A stretch of DNA of 64,000 bases from contig JAZUQS010000060.1 of the NCBI GenBank assembly GCA_045605825.1, positions 302-64,301 of the forward strand, given 5' to 3'. Under the pieces are notes generated by a model that was not told the origin of the DNA, did not search any database, and saw only the letters and a list, made by a program, of their open reading frames with translations. The position numbers and the translations under genes were made by a program. This document shows, piece by piece, positions 19,364 through 28,697 of the stretch (the stretch's first letter is position 1; every line of letters begins with the position of its first letter). Source of the stretch: Acutalibacteraceae bacterium. GTDB lineage: Bacteria; Bacillota; Clostridia; Oscillospirales; Acutalibacteraceae.

Positions 19364-20619
19364 AAGCTTTCTGAAAACTCTTTTAACGATGAAAAAATTT
19401 GTGTTTTTTCGGGTAGATTTGCATTAGCTTTTTTACCTAAAAAAACGGGAATGCAGCCGGCGTTTATGCCTGCTTCAACGTCTCTTAAAGAGTCACCGAC
19501 CATATACGATTTTTCTAAATCAATATTGAAATCCTTTTGTGCTTTAAAGAGAAGTCCCGGTGCGGGCTTTCTGCAATCGCACTTAATTTTTAATTCTTTT
19601 ATTTCGTCAGGGAAGCCTGAATCAGGATGGTGAGGGCAGTAGTAAATACCGTCAATAAACGCTCCGTTTTCACCTAAAAGAGTTTCAATTCTGTTGTGAA
19701 TTCCGGTGAGTGCTTCGATAGTACATTCACCGCGGGCAACAACGGGCTGATTAGTTGCAATAATTACTAAAAAGCCTAAAGAATGAAGCTTGTTTATAGC
19801 CTCGCAAACGCCGTCGATTAGCTCTATTTCGCAAGGCTTTGTGATGTACCCCTTATGAATGTTTACTGTCCCGTCGCGGTCAAGAAAAACAGCTTTTTGA
19901 GGTTGCTTTTTGTGTTTTTTTGAAACTACACCGTTTTTTATGTCGTTTTCAACGGCTTTCAGCCTGTCGGGAGTGCCCATATCCTTAACGTATTCAAAGG
20001 TTTTATAAGAGTAAATTTTACCTGTTTTTATTGCGGGTGTAATAACCTCTTTGTCTAAATCGGCTTTGCCGTCAAAGCTATACATTTCAAGCAACTTAGG
20101 CGATATTATTCCTACCCCTGCGTTGCATAAATTAGGGTACGCAAAAGGTTTGTTTTCCTTAGGTAAAACACCCGTTATTACGTCACCGTCAGTTAAAAAC
20201 AAGGTGCTGTCAAAGGGGTGATTGTTTGGGTGCGTAAGAAGGGTTGCGAGGGCATTTTTTCCTTTGTGAAATGATAGCATTTCGGAGAGAGAAAAGTTAA
20301 AAATCAAGTCACCGTTACATAGTAAAAAATCCTCGTTTAAGCCTAATTTAAAAAGGGCTCCTGCAGTGCCCAAGGGCTCGTTTTCAACGTAGTATGAAAT
20401 ACTTACGCCAAGGCTTTTTCCGTCATCGAAATAAGCCTTGATTTGTTCGCTTAAATGACCTAAAACGAGAATGAATTCAGTAATTCCCTCGGTTTTTAAA
20501 GCATTAATTTGGTGCTCTAAAACGGGTTTTTCGCATAATTTTATTAATGGCTTCGGCGTGTTTTCGCAAACGTTTTTAAGACGTGTTCCCAAACCGCCGG
20601 CTAAAATAACAGCTTTCAT
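19360..20619 (-). CDS. Fusion protein: sugar-1-phosphate nucleotidyltransferase (HddC-like) plus D,D-heptose 1,7-bisphosphate phosphatase (GmhB-like)
   Basis: Start set to ATG 20619 (AAAGGTGG upstream). N-terminal half has MKAVILAGGLGTRL. C-terminal half has the HAD-IIIA motifs FLDRDGTVN, ATNQP and GDSLRD, plus the GmhB-type Zn loop YCPHHP...CDCRKP. Confidence 0.8.
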   Translation of the reverse strand: MKAVILAGGLGTRLKNVCENTPKPLIKLCEKPVLEHQINALKTEGITEFILVLGHLSEQIKAYFDDGKSLGVSISYYVENEPLGTAGALFKLGLNEDFLLCNGDLIFNFSLSEMLSFHKGKNALATLLTHPNNHPFDSTLFLTDGDVITGVLPKENKPFAYPNLCNAGVGIISPKLLEMYSFDGKADLDKEVITPAIKTGKIYSYKTFEYVKDMGTPDRLKAVENDIKNGVVSKKHKKQPQKAVFLDRDGTVNIHKGYITKPCEIELIDGVCEAINKLHSLGFLVIIATNQPVVARGECTIEALTGIHNRIETLLGENGAFIDGIYYCPHHPDSGFPDEIKELKIKCDCRKPAPGLLFKAQKDFNIDLEKSYMVGDSLRDVEAGINAGCIPVFLGKKANANLPEKTQIFSSLKEFSESL

Positions 20620-20706
20620 ACTACACCACCTTTCGAGGCTAATTGTAGCACAAATTTTTCCCTTTTTCAACGGTGGCTTTCCAAGTCTTTCAATGGTGCG
20701 TTTTCC

Positions 20707-20735
20707 TTGACAAAGTATGGTATCTATGATAGAAT
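20707..20735 (+). promoter_or_regulatory. Sigma-70-type promoter of the 12-gene glycan operon
   Basis: TTGACA (20707-20712), 17-nt spacer, TAGAAT (20730-20735). It lies in the divergent intergenic region and no other terminator is seen before 34626. Confidence 0.6.
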
Positions 20736-20819
20736 TCTATATTGGTAATATATGATATATAATAAACATATTATATGCAAATTTTGTCTATAAAGATAAA
20801 TTTGAACGGAGGGTTATCT

Positions 20820-21755
20820 GTGTCAAATATTTTAGTTACGGGTGGAGCAGGTTATATAGGCTCTGTAATGGTGCCCGAGCTTCTTAAGCTTGGCCACAAC
20901 GTTACTGTTTTAGACTCTTTTTTATATAAACAAGCCTCTTTGCTTGATTGCTGTAAATACGATAGCTTTGAAATAATTAAGGGTGATTGCCGTGACGAAG
21001 AAAATCTTAAAAAAGCAATGGATAATAAAGATTTTATTTTCCCTCTTGCAGCTCTCGTAGGCTTCCCTGTATGCGATCAGGATAAAATTGCAGCCCGAAC
21101 AACAAACCTGGGTGCAGTTGAAACTCTCTTGTCACTTCGCGAAAAAGGTCAAAAAATAATTTTCCCTTGTACAAATAGCGGCTACGGCTTAGGTCAGGGT
21201 CAGAATTACTGCACAGAGGAATCACCCATAACCCCCATATCACTTTACGGCAAAACTAAAATGGCAGCTGAAAAGGCAATTCTTGATTCGGGTGAATCCG
21301 TGGCGTTCAGGTTTGCAACTCTTTTCGGTGCTTCGCCTAGAATGAGGCTGGATTTACTTGTAAACGATTTCGTTTACCGTGCGGTGTTTGACCGCTCACT
21401 TATAGTTTTCGAGGGCCACTTTATGAGAAATTATCTTCACGTAAGAGATGCGGCAAATGCATTTATCTTTGCAATGGATAATTTCGAAAAAATGAAAGGG
21501 CAGACCTATAACTGCGGTTTAAGTGATGCAAACCTTTCAAAGTTAGAGCTTTGCGAAAGAATTAAGGCACAGCTTCCAAAATTTGAATACCTTGAAGCAC
21601 CTATCGGCGTTGACCCCGATAAACGTAATTATCTCGTTTCTAACGAAAAAATTGAGAGCTTCGGCTTTAAGCCCTCGTATTCAATCGACGATGGTATTAA
21701 AGAGCTTATAAAGGCCTACTCGATTATTAAAAATTCTTTTTACGGAAATGTGTGA
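20820..21755 (+). CDS. NAD-dependent sugar epimerase/dehydratase (extended SDR)
   Basis: GTG start at 20820 with GGAGG 7 nt upstream. Rossmann motif VTGGAGYIGS. Catalytic YGKTKMAAE (YxxxK). 311 aa. Confidence 0.8.
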   Translation: MSNILVTGGAGYIGSVMVPELLKLGHNVTVLDSFLYKQASLLDCCKYDSFEIIKGDCRDEENLKKAMDNKDFIFPLAALVGFPVCDQDKIAARTTNLGAVETLLSLREKGQKIIFPCTNSGYGLGQGQNYCTEESPITPISLYGKTKMAAEKAILDSGESVAFRFATLFGASPRMRLDLLVNDFVYRAVFDRSLIVFEGHFMRNYLHVRDAANAFIFAMDNFEKMKGQTYNCGLSDANLSKLELCERIKAQLPKFEYLEAPIGVDPDKRNYLVSNEKIESFGFKPSYSIDDGIKELIKAYSIIKNSFYGNV

Positions 21756-21760
21756 AATAA

Positions 21761-22126
21761 ATGAAGCTTGTTGAAATTTTAAAACCCGATTTCGTACATG
21801 AGGACGAAAGGGGGATTCTTTCTCAGATTACCCATACACCCTACGGTCAGGTGAATTCAGTCTTTACTAAAAAAGGTGCTATAAGAGGAAGATATCATTA
21901 CCACAAAACAACAAAAGAGATTTTTTACATCATTACGGGTGAAATAAAAGTATCGCTTTCTCTTGACGGTGCTTCAGAAGAGCATATTTTCAAAACAGGG
22001 GATATGTTTTTAGTGCCGGAATACGTGCGTCATAACTTTGATTTCCAAGAGGATACATATCTCGTTTCCTTTTACACCTCTTGCGTTGAGCTTCCCGACG
22101 GCACAATGGATATAGTAAGCGATTAG
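21761..22126 (+). CDS. Small cupin-fold protein (WbuC / CapF C-terminal-domain-like, possible sugar epimerase accessory)
   Basis: 121 aa. Cupin His-containing strands (RGRYHYHKTTKEIFYIITGE ... VPEYVRHNF). Position directly after an SDR mirrors the split CapF-type arrangement. The function is an inference. Confidence 0.5.
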   Translation: MKLVEILKPDFVHEDERGILSQITHTPYGQVNSVFTKKGAIRGRYHYHKTTKEIFYIITGEIKVSLSLDGASEEHIFKTGDMFLVPEYVRHNFDFQEDTYLVSFYTSCVELPDGTMDIVSD

Positions 22127-22144
22127 TTTTTTGGAGAATGCATA

Positions 22145-24064
22145 ATGAAAAAGAACGTGTATTTAATACAACCTACCTATATGAATGCATCTGTTGTGCA
22201 TCTTCCTTACGCAATTGGTGCTTTAGCTTCGTATGCCTGGAAATTTCAGGATATTTGCGATAGCTATGATTTAAAGGGTATTTTCTTTTTGAGAGATAAG
22301 CTTTCAGATATCGTAGAAAAGTTAGACAATCCCTTTTTAATCGGCTTTTCAAACTACATCTGGAACTTTGAATATAACAAAAAATTAGCCGAAGAGGTTA
22401 AAAAAGCCTACCCCGAATGTATTATCGTTTTCGGCGGTCCTCAGATATCTGAGGATTCAGGGCTTTTTGAAGAATGTCCTTTTATTGATTTTCTTATGTA
22501 CTACGAGGGTGAGGTACCCTTCCGTGATTTATTAAGAGCTTACGACGGCAAGCTTCAGTTAAATGAGGTAAGCAACATAGCCTACCGCTTACCCGACGGC
22601 TCAATTAACACAACGGAATTTAAGGCAGCTGAAATATCAGATTTCCCGTCACCCTACGAAAGCGGATTTTTTGACAGAATTATTGAAGAAAATCCCGATA
22701 TAGATTTTATACCTCTCATCGAAACAAACAGAGGTTGCCCTAATAAATGTGCATATTGCAGCTGGGGTAAAATAAAAACCCGTGTGCGTATGTTCCCCCT
22801 TGAAAGAGTTTTTGCGGATATTGAGTGGGTAAGTAAGCACAATAAAGAGTTTTTAGGCTTTGCCGATGCAAACTTCGGTCTTTTCCCCCGTGATGAAAAG
22901 ATTGTTGATAAAATAATTGAGTGTTATCACGAAACGGGTTATCCTAAAAAATTCCAAGTATCCTATTCAAAAGAAACGGGCGACAGAGTTTTTAACATTA
23001 CTAAAAAGCTTAACGAGCACGGTATGGATAAAGGCGTTACCCTTTCTTTCCAGTCAATGTCGAAAATTGTTCAGGAAAATATCGGTAGATCTAATATGGA
23101 TGTTGAATATTACAAAGCCTTGTTGCAGAAATATTCAGAAGCGAAAATTCCTACTTATACAGACCTTATTTTAGGTCTTCCCGGTGAAACTCTTGAAAGC
23201 TTTAAGGACGGTATTGACGAATTGCTTGAGCACGGTCAGCATACTTCTCTTTTCGTGCATTTGTGCGAATGGTTGCCGTTAGCCGAAATGGGCAAAAAGG
23301 AATATATGGACAAGCACGGAATCGGCTTTAGTAAAGTTCCTTTGAACCAACCTCACAGAAGCTCTTCTGATGAAAACGACGTTCAGGAATTTTCAAGAAT
23401 TGTTACCTCAACTTCAACAATGGATGAAAACGAGTGGAAGGCTATGGTAATGTTTTCAACCTGTGCTTTATGCTTTCATCATTTAGGTCTTCTTCAGCTT
23501 GTTGCTTTATATCTGCATTATGAAAAAGGCGTAAAATACAGCGATTTTTATAGCGACCTGCTTTCTCATCTTTTAACTGAAGAAAATATCGGTGAGGCTT
23601 TCATAAGAGTTAAAAAGCAAACTGACGACGTTATAGAGAAAAATGAGTCGGTAGTTGTTTTTGACAGGATGTTTGGCGATATAGCCTGGCCTTTTGAAGA
23701 ATATGCTTTCTTAAAAACAGTTTCAAAGAAGGATGCCTTCTACGAAAATATTGAAAGCTTTTTAGAAAAATATATCGACGATGAAAAGCTTCGCAAGGAT
23801 TTAGTACGTTATCAGAATTTCGTTGTGAAGGATATCAACGTTTCCGAAAAGCTTTTTGAGGGAGAGTACGATTGGAAAAATTATTTTCAGTCAATTCTCG
23901 TTGATGATATTCATCCCGTGCTTGAAAAAAGAAACGTGTGTTACTCGGTAAAGGATGAAAGAGTTACTCATTCCTGGCCCGAATATGCCGAAAAGGTTTT
24001 ATGGTTCGGCAGACGAGGCGGTAAGAATATCTACACTTCGGAAATCACAGAAGAAAAAATATAA
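22145..24064 (+). CDS. Cobalamin-binding-domain (class B) radical SAM enzyme, paralog 1
   Basis: 639 aa. N-terminal Rossmann-like segment (IIVFGGPQIS), ETNRGCPNKCAYCSWG (CX3CX2C), LILGLPGET, and a long C-terminal extension ending in LWFGRRGG. Confidence 0.85.
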   Translation: MKKNVYLIQPTYMNASVVHLPYAIGALASYAWKFQDICDSYDLKGIFFLRDKLSDIVEKLDNPFLIGFSNYIWNFEYNKKLAEEVKKAYPECIIVFGGPQISEDSGLFEECPFIDFLMYYEGEVPFRDLLRAYDGKLQLNEVSNIAYRLPDGSINTTEFKAAEISDFPSPYESGFFDRIIEENPDIDFIPLIETNRGCPNKCAYCSWGKIKTRVRMFPLERVFADIEWVSKHNKEFLGFADANFGLFPRDEKIVDKIIECYHETGYPKKFQVSYSKETGDRVFNITKKLNEHGMDKGVTLSFQSMSKIVQENIGRSNMDVEYYKALLQKYSEAKIPTYTDLILGLPGETLESFKDGIDELLEHGQHTSLFVHLCEWLPLAEMGKKEYMDKHGIGFSKVPLNQPHRSSSDENDVQEFSRIVTSTSTMDENEWKAMVMFSTCALCFHHLGLLQLVALYLHYEKGVKYSDFYSDLLSHLLTEENIGEAFIRVKKQTDDVIEKNESVVVFDRMFGDIAWPFEEYAFLKTVSKKDAFYENIESFLEKYIDDEKLRKDLVRYQNFVVKDINVSEKLFEGEYDWKNYFQSILVDDIHPVLEKRNVCYSVKDERVTHSWPEYAEKVLWFGRRGGKNIYTSEITEEKI

Positions 24065-24072
24065 GAGGTTGT

Positions 24073-24789
24073 ATGGAAAACAATTATTCTTTATCTGTTG
24101 CATTCTGTACCATTAACGAATCAAGCTCTCTTATAAGTGCTTACGAAAAGGTTAAGGGCTGTAGCTGTGCAGACGAGTATCTTTTTATCGTTGCAAAAAG
24201 TGCTACTGAGGAATGTAAAAAAACAGTTGAAATGCTTTGCGAAAATGAAAAATGCAGATTCGTTTTTCAAGACGGCTACGGCTTGGGCAATGCAATAAGA
24301 AAGTCCTTTGACGAGGTAAAGGGTACTCACCTTATTTTATGGCCTGCCGACGACGATATGGATATTAATGCACTTCCCGAAATGGCAAAGCTTTCAAAAA
24401 TGAACCCTGAAAAAATTGTTACCGTGAGCCGTTGGAAAGCTGATAAAGGCTTTGAGGGCTACGGTAAAATAAGAACGGTTATAAATTATATTTCTCAAAA
24501 GGCGTTTGCGATTCTTTTTAAATCAGATTTAACTGATTTCACTAACCCTACGCAGATTGCCCCCGTGAGCGTTTACAGAAAAATAAAATGGCAGGGTAAC
24601 GACTTCGACTTCATGCCTGAAATGATTTTCAAGCCCTTAAAAATCGGTTGCGAATTTATAGAGGTGCCCTGCAAAAGTATTCCGAGAAAAGACGGAAAAA
24701 CAAACAGCAGCTTTAAGAAGTTTGCCAAATATTATCCGGTGATTTTTAAAATATATAAAATGAAGCCGGAAGACGTAATGAAGGTGTAA
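24073..24789 (+). CDS. Small soluble family-2 glycosyltransferase (polyprenyl-phosphate sugar synthase-like: DPM1/GtrB/ArnC size class)
   Basis: 238 aa with no TM segment. GT-A-like N-terminus (SVAFCTINES) and acidic motif WPADDDMD. Intercalated between rSAM paralogs 1 and 2 with 8-nt and 2-nt gaps. Confidence 0.6.
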   Translation: MENNYSLSVAFCTINESSSLISAYEKVKGCSCADEYLFIVAKSATEECKKTVEMLCENEKCRFVFQDGYGLGNAIRKSFDEVKGTHLILWPADDDMDINALPEMAKLSKMNPEKIVTVSRWKADKGFEGYGKIRTVINYISQKAFAILFKSDLTDFTNPTQIAPVSVYRKIKWQGNDFDFMPEMIFKPLKIGCEFIEVPCKSIPRKDGKTNSSFKKFAKYYPVIFKIYKMKPEDVMKV

Positions 24790-24791
24790 AA

Positions 24792-26717
24792 ATGAAACGA
24801 GTGTATTTTATACAAGCAAACCTTTCCTATGGTAAGGCTTATTATCTTCCATATGCAACGGGTTGCCTGGCTGCATATGCATGGCAATTTGAAAGTATAA
24901 ATACAGAATATGAAATAGCAGAATTTATATTCAAGAGAGACCCCGTAGAAAAGGTTATGGCAGAGTTAAAAGAGCCGTCGGTTGTTGCTTTTTCCTGCTA
25001 CACCTGGACCTTTGAGTATAATAAAACACTCGCAAAAAGAATAAAAGAAAAATATCCCGATTGTCTTATAATCTTCGGCGGTCACAGTATCTCTGAAAAC
25101 GTTGACGTTTTTCCTGAGCTTCCCTTTGTTGACGTACTTATGTACGGCGAGGGCGAAAGAGATTTTAAATCTTTGTTAGAGCAGTTTAACACAGAAGAAA
25201 AGGATTTTTCTGGAATCCCAAATATCGCTTACAGAAAAGACGGTAAAATTTTCACCGCCGAAAGAAAATTCTACGATAATTTAGATGGCTTTGTTTCGCC
25301 TTATCTTGAGGGTTATTTTGATAAAATAGTAGAAGCAAATCCCGAGCAGGAATTTTGTGCGGTAATTGAAACAAACAGAGGTTGCCCCTATAACTGTGCT
25401 TACTGCGATTGGTGTTATACGGTTGATATCCGTCAATTTCCTATAGACAAGGTCAAGGAAGAAATCGTTTGGTGCAGTAAAAACAGAGTTGAATATATTT
25501 TCTGTGCCGATTCAAACTTCGGTATTTTAAAACGCGACCTTGATATTGCAAAATTTGTTGTAGAGGTAAAAAAAGAGAGAGGCTATCCGCATATTTTCAA
25601 TAACTGCTTTGCTAAAAACAGTAACGATACGGTTTTTGAAATTTCAAAGCTCTTTTACGATAACAGACTTAATAAAGCAGCAACCCTCGCTTATCAGACT
25701 GTTTGCGATGAGGCTCTTAAAAACGTAAACCGTAAAAACTTTACAATGGAAGCTTTTTCGGATTTAGTTACTAAATATAACGAGCACAATATCCCCACCT
25801 ATACGGAAATGATTTTAGGTCTTCCGGGAGAAACCTACGATAGCTTCTGCGACGGTCTTTGCAGGCTTATCGAGGCAGGTCAGCAAACTGCCCTTACTGT
25901 TTACTATTGCCAAGTTTACCCCAACTCACTTATGGGTAAAAAAGAATACCGTGATTTACACGGTATTGAAACGGCAAAGGTGCCCCTTAACTATTTACAT
26001 TCAACAATGCCTGAGGAAGAGGATATTACAGAGTATACCGAGCTTATAGTTGCAACCCGTGATATGCCCTTTGAGGATATGATGAAATCGATTATGTTCT
26101 GCACTTGCTTACAGTGCTTCCACCATATCGGTCTTTTAAAATATTTCTCAATTTACGTAAGGCATGAGCTTAATATAAGCTACCTTGAATTTTACAAACG
26201 CTTGCTTGATTTTATTTTCAAATCTGAAAACACCTTCTTAAACGAATTGTTTAACAGATTTAAAGAGCAGTGCAGCGACTTCTCAAACGGTGAATGGTCC
26301 TATTACAACGAAAAATTTGGTGATATAGGCTGGTTCCTTGAGGAAGGTGCATATATGGAAATAGTTGCAAACTACGAAACCTTCTGGAAAGAAATCATAC
26401 CTTTCCTTAAAGAATTTGATATTGCACCTGAAATTTTCGATGAATTAACAAAATTCCAGAAATTTGTTATCCGCCTTCCCGAGCAAGAAAAAATATCCTG
26501 CGAATTTGAATATGATTTTTACAATTACTTCCACAATGCTCTTTCGCAGAGCTATAAGCCTTTAGAGGCAAAGAAAAATAAAATTGAGGTTGATTTACCT
26601 AACCCCGTTTACAATTGGAAGGATTATGCACGAAAAATCGTTCTCTTTGCAAAAAGAAGAGGCGATACAATCGTAATTAACGATAAAAAGTATCTTACAG
26701 TAACTTACGGAGAGTAA
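24792..26717 (+). CDS. Cobalamin-binding-domain (class B) radical SAM enzyme, paralog 2
   Basis: 641 aa. LIIFGGHSIS, ETNRGCPYNCAYCDWC, MILGLPGETY, and C-terminal VLFAKRRGD. Confidence 0.85.
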   Translation: MKRVYFIQANLSYGKAYYLPYATGCLAAYAWQFESINTEYEIAEFIFKRDPVEKVMAELKEPSVVAFSCYTWTFEYNKTLAKRIKEKYPDCLIIFGGHSISENVDVFPELPFVDVLMYGEGERDFKSLLEQFNTEEKDFSGIPNIAYRKDGKIFTAERKFYDNLDGFVSPYLEGYFDKIVEANPEQEFCAVIETNRGCPYNCAYCDWCYTVDIRQFPIDKVKEEIVWCSKNRVEYIFCADSNFGILKRDLDIAKFVVEVKKERGYPHIFNNCFAKNSNDTVFEISKLFYDNRLNKAATLAYQTVCDEALKNVNRKNFTMEAFSDLVTKYNEHNIPTYTEMILGLPGETYDSFCDGLCRLIEAGQQTALTVYYCQVYPNSLMGKKEYRDLHGIETAKVPLNYLHSTMPEEEDITEYTELIVATRDMPFEDMMKSIMFCTCLQCFHHIGLLKYFSIYVRHELNISYLEFYKRLLDFIFKSENTFLNELFNRFKEQCSDFSNGEWSYYNEKFGDIGWFLEEGAYMEIVANYETFWKEIIPFLKEFDIAPEIFDELTKFQKFVIRLPEQEKISCEFEYDFYNYFHNALSQSYKPLEAKKNKIEVDLPNPVYNWKDYARKIVLFAKRRGDTIVINDKKYLTVTYGE

Positions 26718-26720
26718 CCA

Positions 26721-28649
26721 ATGAAAAATGTTTATTTTGTTCAAGCTAATAACGTTTACGGCACAGAGGTAAAGAATACTTATATTCCTTACTCTGTAGG
26801 CTGTATTCAGGCTTACTGTCAGAAAAACGAAATTATTTCTGCAGAATACAAATTCGGTAAATTTATATATACAAGAGAAGCACCTGAAAAGGTTATTGAA
26901 ATGCTTGACAATCCCTTTATGGTTTTATTTTCTTGCTCTGTATGGAATACCGAGTATAACAAAACCGTTGCAAAGGCAATTAAAGAGGCTTACCCATCTT
27001 GCCTTATAACCTTTGGCGGTCATAACGTTTCAAATAATGAAAACTATTTAAGAGATAATGATTTTATAGATTTTCTTACTCACCGTTTCGGTGAAGAGCC
27101 TACCGAGGGCATTCTTGAAAGCCTTGCAACAGGAAAATCTCTTGATGAAATCCCAAATATCTCATACAGAAACGAAGCAGGCGAAATAGTTACAACTGCT
27201 TACGCACCGCAGACGGGCACAGATTATCCATCACCTTATTTAGAGGGCACCTTTGATGAGATTTTAAAGGACGATATCGTTTTCTCTGCTCTTTTTGAAA
27301 CGAACAGAGGTTGCCCTAACTCTTGCTCATTCTGTGACTGGGGCTCTTTGAAATCAAAGGTAAGGCTTTTCCCAATGGAAAGAGTTTTTGCGGAAATTGA
27401 TTGGTTTGTTGAGCATAAAATCGAGTTCGTTTTCTGTACCGACGGTAACTTCTGCCTTTTCAACCGTGACGAAGAAATTGCAGATTATATCGTTCACTGT
27501 AAAAATACCTACGGTTATCCGAAAATGTTCCGTGTATGCTTTACAAAAAATAAATTCGATTTCGTATTCGATATAGGCACAAAGTTCTTCAAAAACGGTC
27601 TTGATAAGGCTCAGACGCTTTCATTCCAGAGTATGAACGAGCAGGTTTTAAAGAACGTCGGAAGAAAGAATATTTCAACCGAAAAATTCAGAGAGCTTAT
27701 GCTCAAATATAACGAAATCAATATTTCAACCTTTTCAGAGCTTATTTTAGGTCTTCCCGGTGAAACCTACGAAACCTTCTGCGAGGGTGTAAATATCTTA
27801 ATTGAAAACGGTCAGCATTATGCTATAAATATTTATCCCTGCGAACTGCTTCCCAATGCTGAAATGGGTCAGAAGGCTTATCAGGAAAAATTCGGCATTA
27901 AAAGCACAAGAGTACCGTTTAAGCTTATTCACTCAAACGAAGGTCAGAAAAAAGACGACATAGTTGAGTATTCTGAATATATAACCTCAACTGATGCTAT
28001 GAGCGAAGAGGAATGGGCAAAATCCCTTCTTTTTGCGTCATATATTCAAGGCCTTCACAATTTGGGTCTTCTTCGTGCCATTGCTATTTACTATAGACAC
28101 GAGCATAATTTGAGCTATAACGATTTCTATAACAAGCTTTTAAGCTATTCAAAAGAAAATAAAGGAACTCTTCTAAATACGGTTTACGAGAGAATCAGTA
28201 AGCTTTGCCTTGGTATAATAAGCGGTTCAAACGAGCTTGTTGCAACCTGCGAGGGCCTCGGCGACGTGCTTTGGGGCTTTGATGAGCTTATTTTCCTTGA
28301 GTTTTACAAAAATCTTGAGGTATTCTATAAAGAGGTAAAGGAATGCTTCAAGGGTATTGATGAAAACAATGACGTTGTTGACGCCTTGTTTAAATATCAG
28401 CTTGATATTATAAAGAAAATCGGTGTGGAGCATCCCGTTATTTCAAGTGAATATGATTTCTATTCATATTTCAATAATATCTTCCTCGGCGGTTATAAAA
28501 AGTTAATTAAGAATAAAACTACAATAGCTGTTGAAGACGGTGTTGTTGTAAAGGATATACACGAGTTTGCCCGTGAAATCGTATGGTACGGCAGAAACAG
28601 ACGTGCTACCGATTACACAAGCACAAACTATAAGGTTACAAAAGCATAA
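26721..28649 (+). CDS. Cobalamin-binding-domain (class B) radical SAM enzyme, paralog 3
   Basis: 642 aa. LITFGGHNVS, ETNRGCPNSCSFCDWG, LILGLPGETY, and C-terminal VWYGRNRR. Confidence 0.85.
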   Translation: MKNVYFVQANNVYGTEVKNTYIPYSVGCIQAYCQKNEIISAEYKFGKFIYTREAPEKVIEMLDNPFMVLFSCSVWNTEYNKTVAKAIKEAYPSCLITFGGHNVSNNENYLRDNDFIDFLTHRFGEEPTEGILESLATGKSLDEIPNISYRNEAGEIVTTAYAPQTGTDYPSPYLEGTFDEILKDDIVFSALFETNRGCPNSCSFCDWGSLKSKVRLFPMERVFAEIDWFVEHKIEFVFCTDGNFCLFNRDEEIADYIVHCKNTYGYPKMFRVCFTKNKFDFVFDIGTKFFKNGLDKAQTLSFQSMNEQVLKNVGRKNISTEKFRELMLKYNEINISTFSELILGLPGETYETFCEGVNILIENGQHYAINIYPCELLPNAEMGQKAYQEKFGIKSTRVPFKLIHSNEGQKKDDIVEYSEYITSTDAMSEEEWAKSLLFASYIQGLHNLGLLRAIAIYYRHEHNLSYNDFYNKLLSYSKENKGTLLNTVYERISKLCLGIISGSNELVATCEGLGDVLWGFDELIFLEFYKNLEVFYKEVKECFKGIDENNDVVDALFKYQLDIIKKIGVEHPVISSEYDFYSYFNNIFLGGYKKLIKNKTTIAVEDGVVVKDIHEFAREIVWYGRNRRATDYTSTNYKVTKA

Positions 28650-28697
28650 TATAATGCACAGTTAAAAATACAAATAAAAAACACTTCGGGGTAATTT

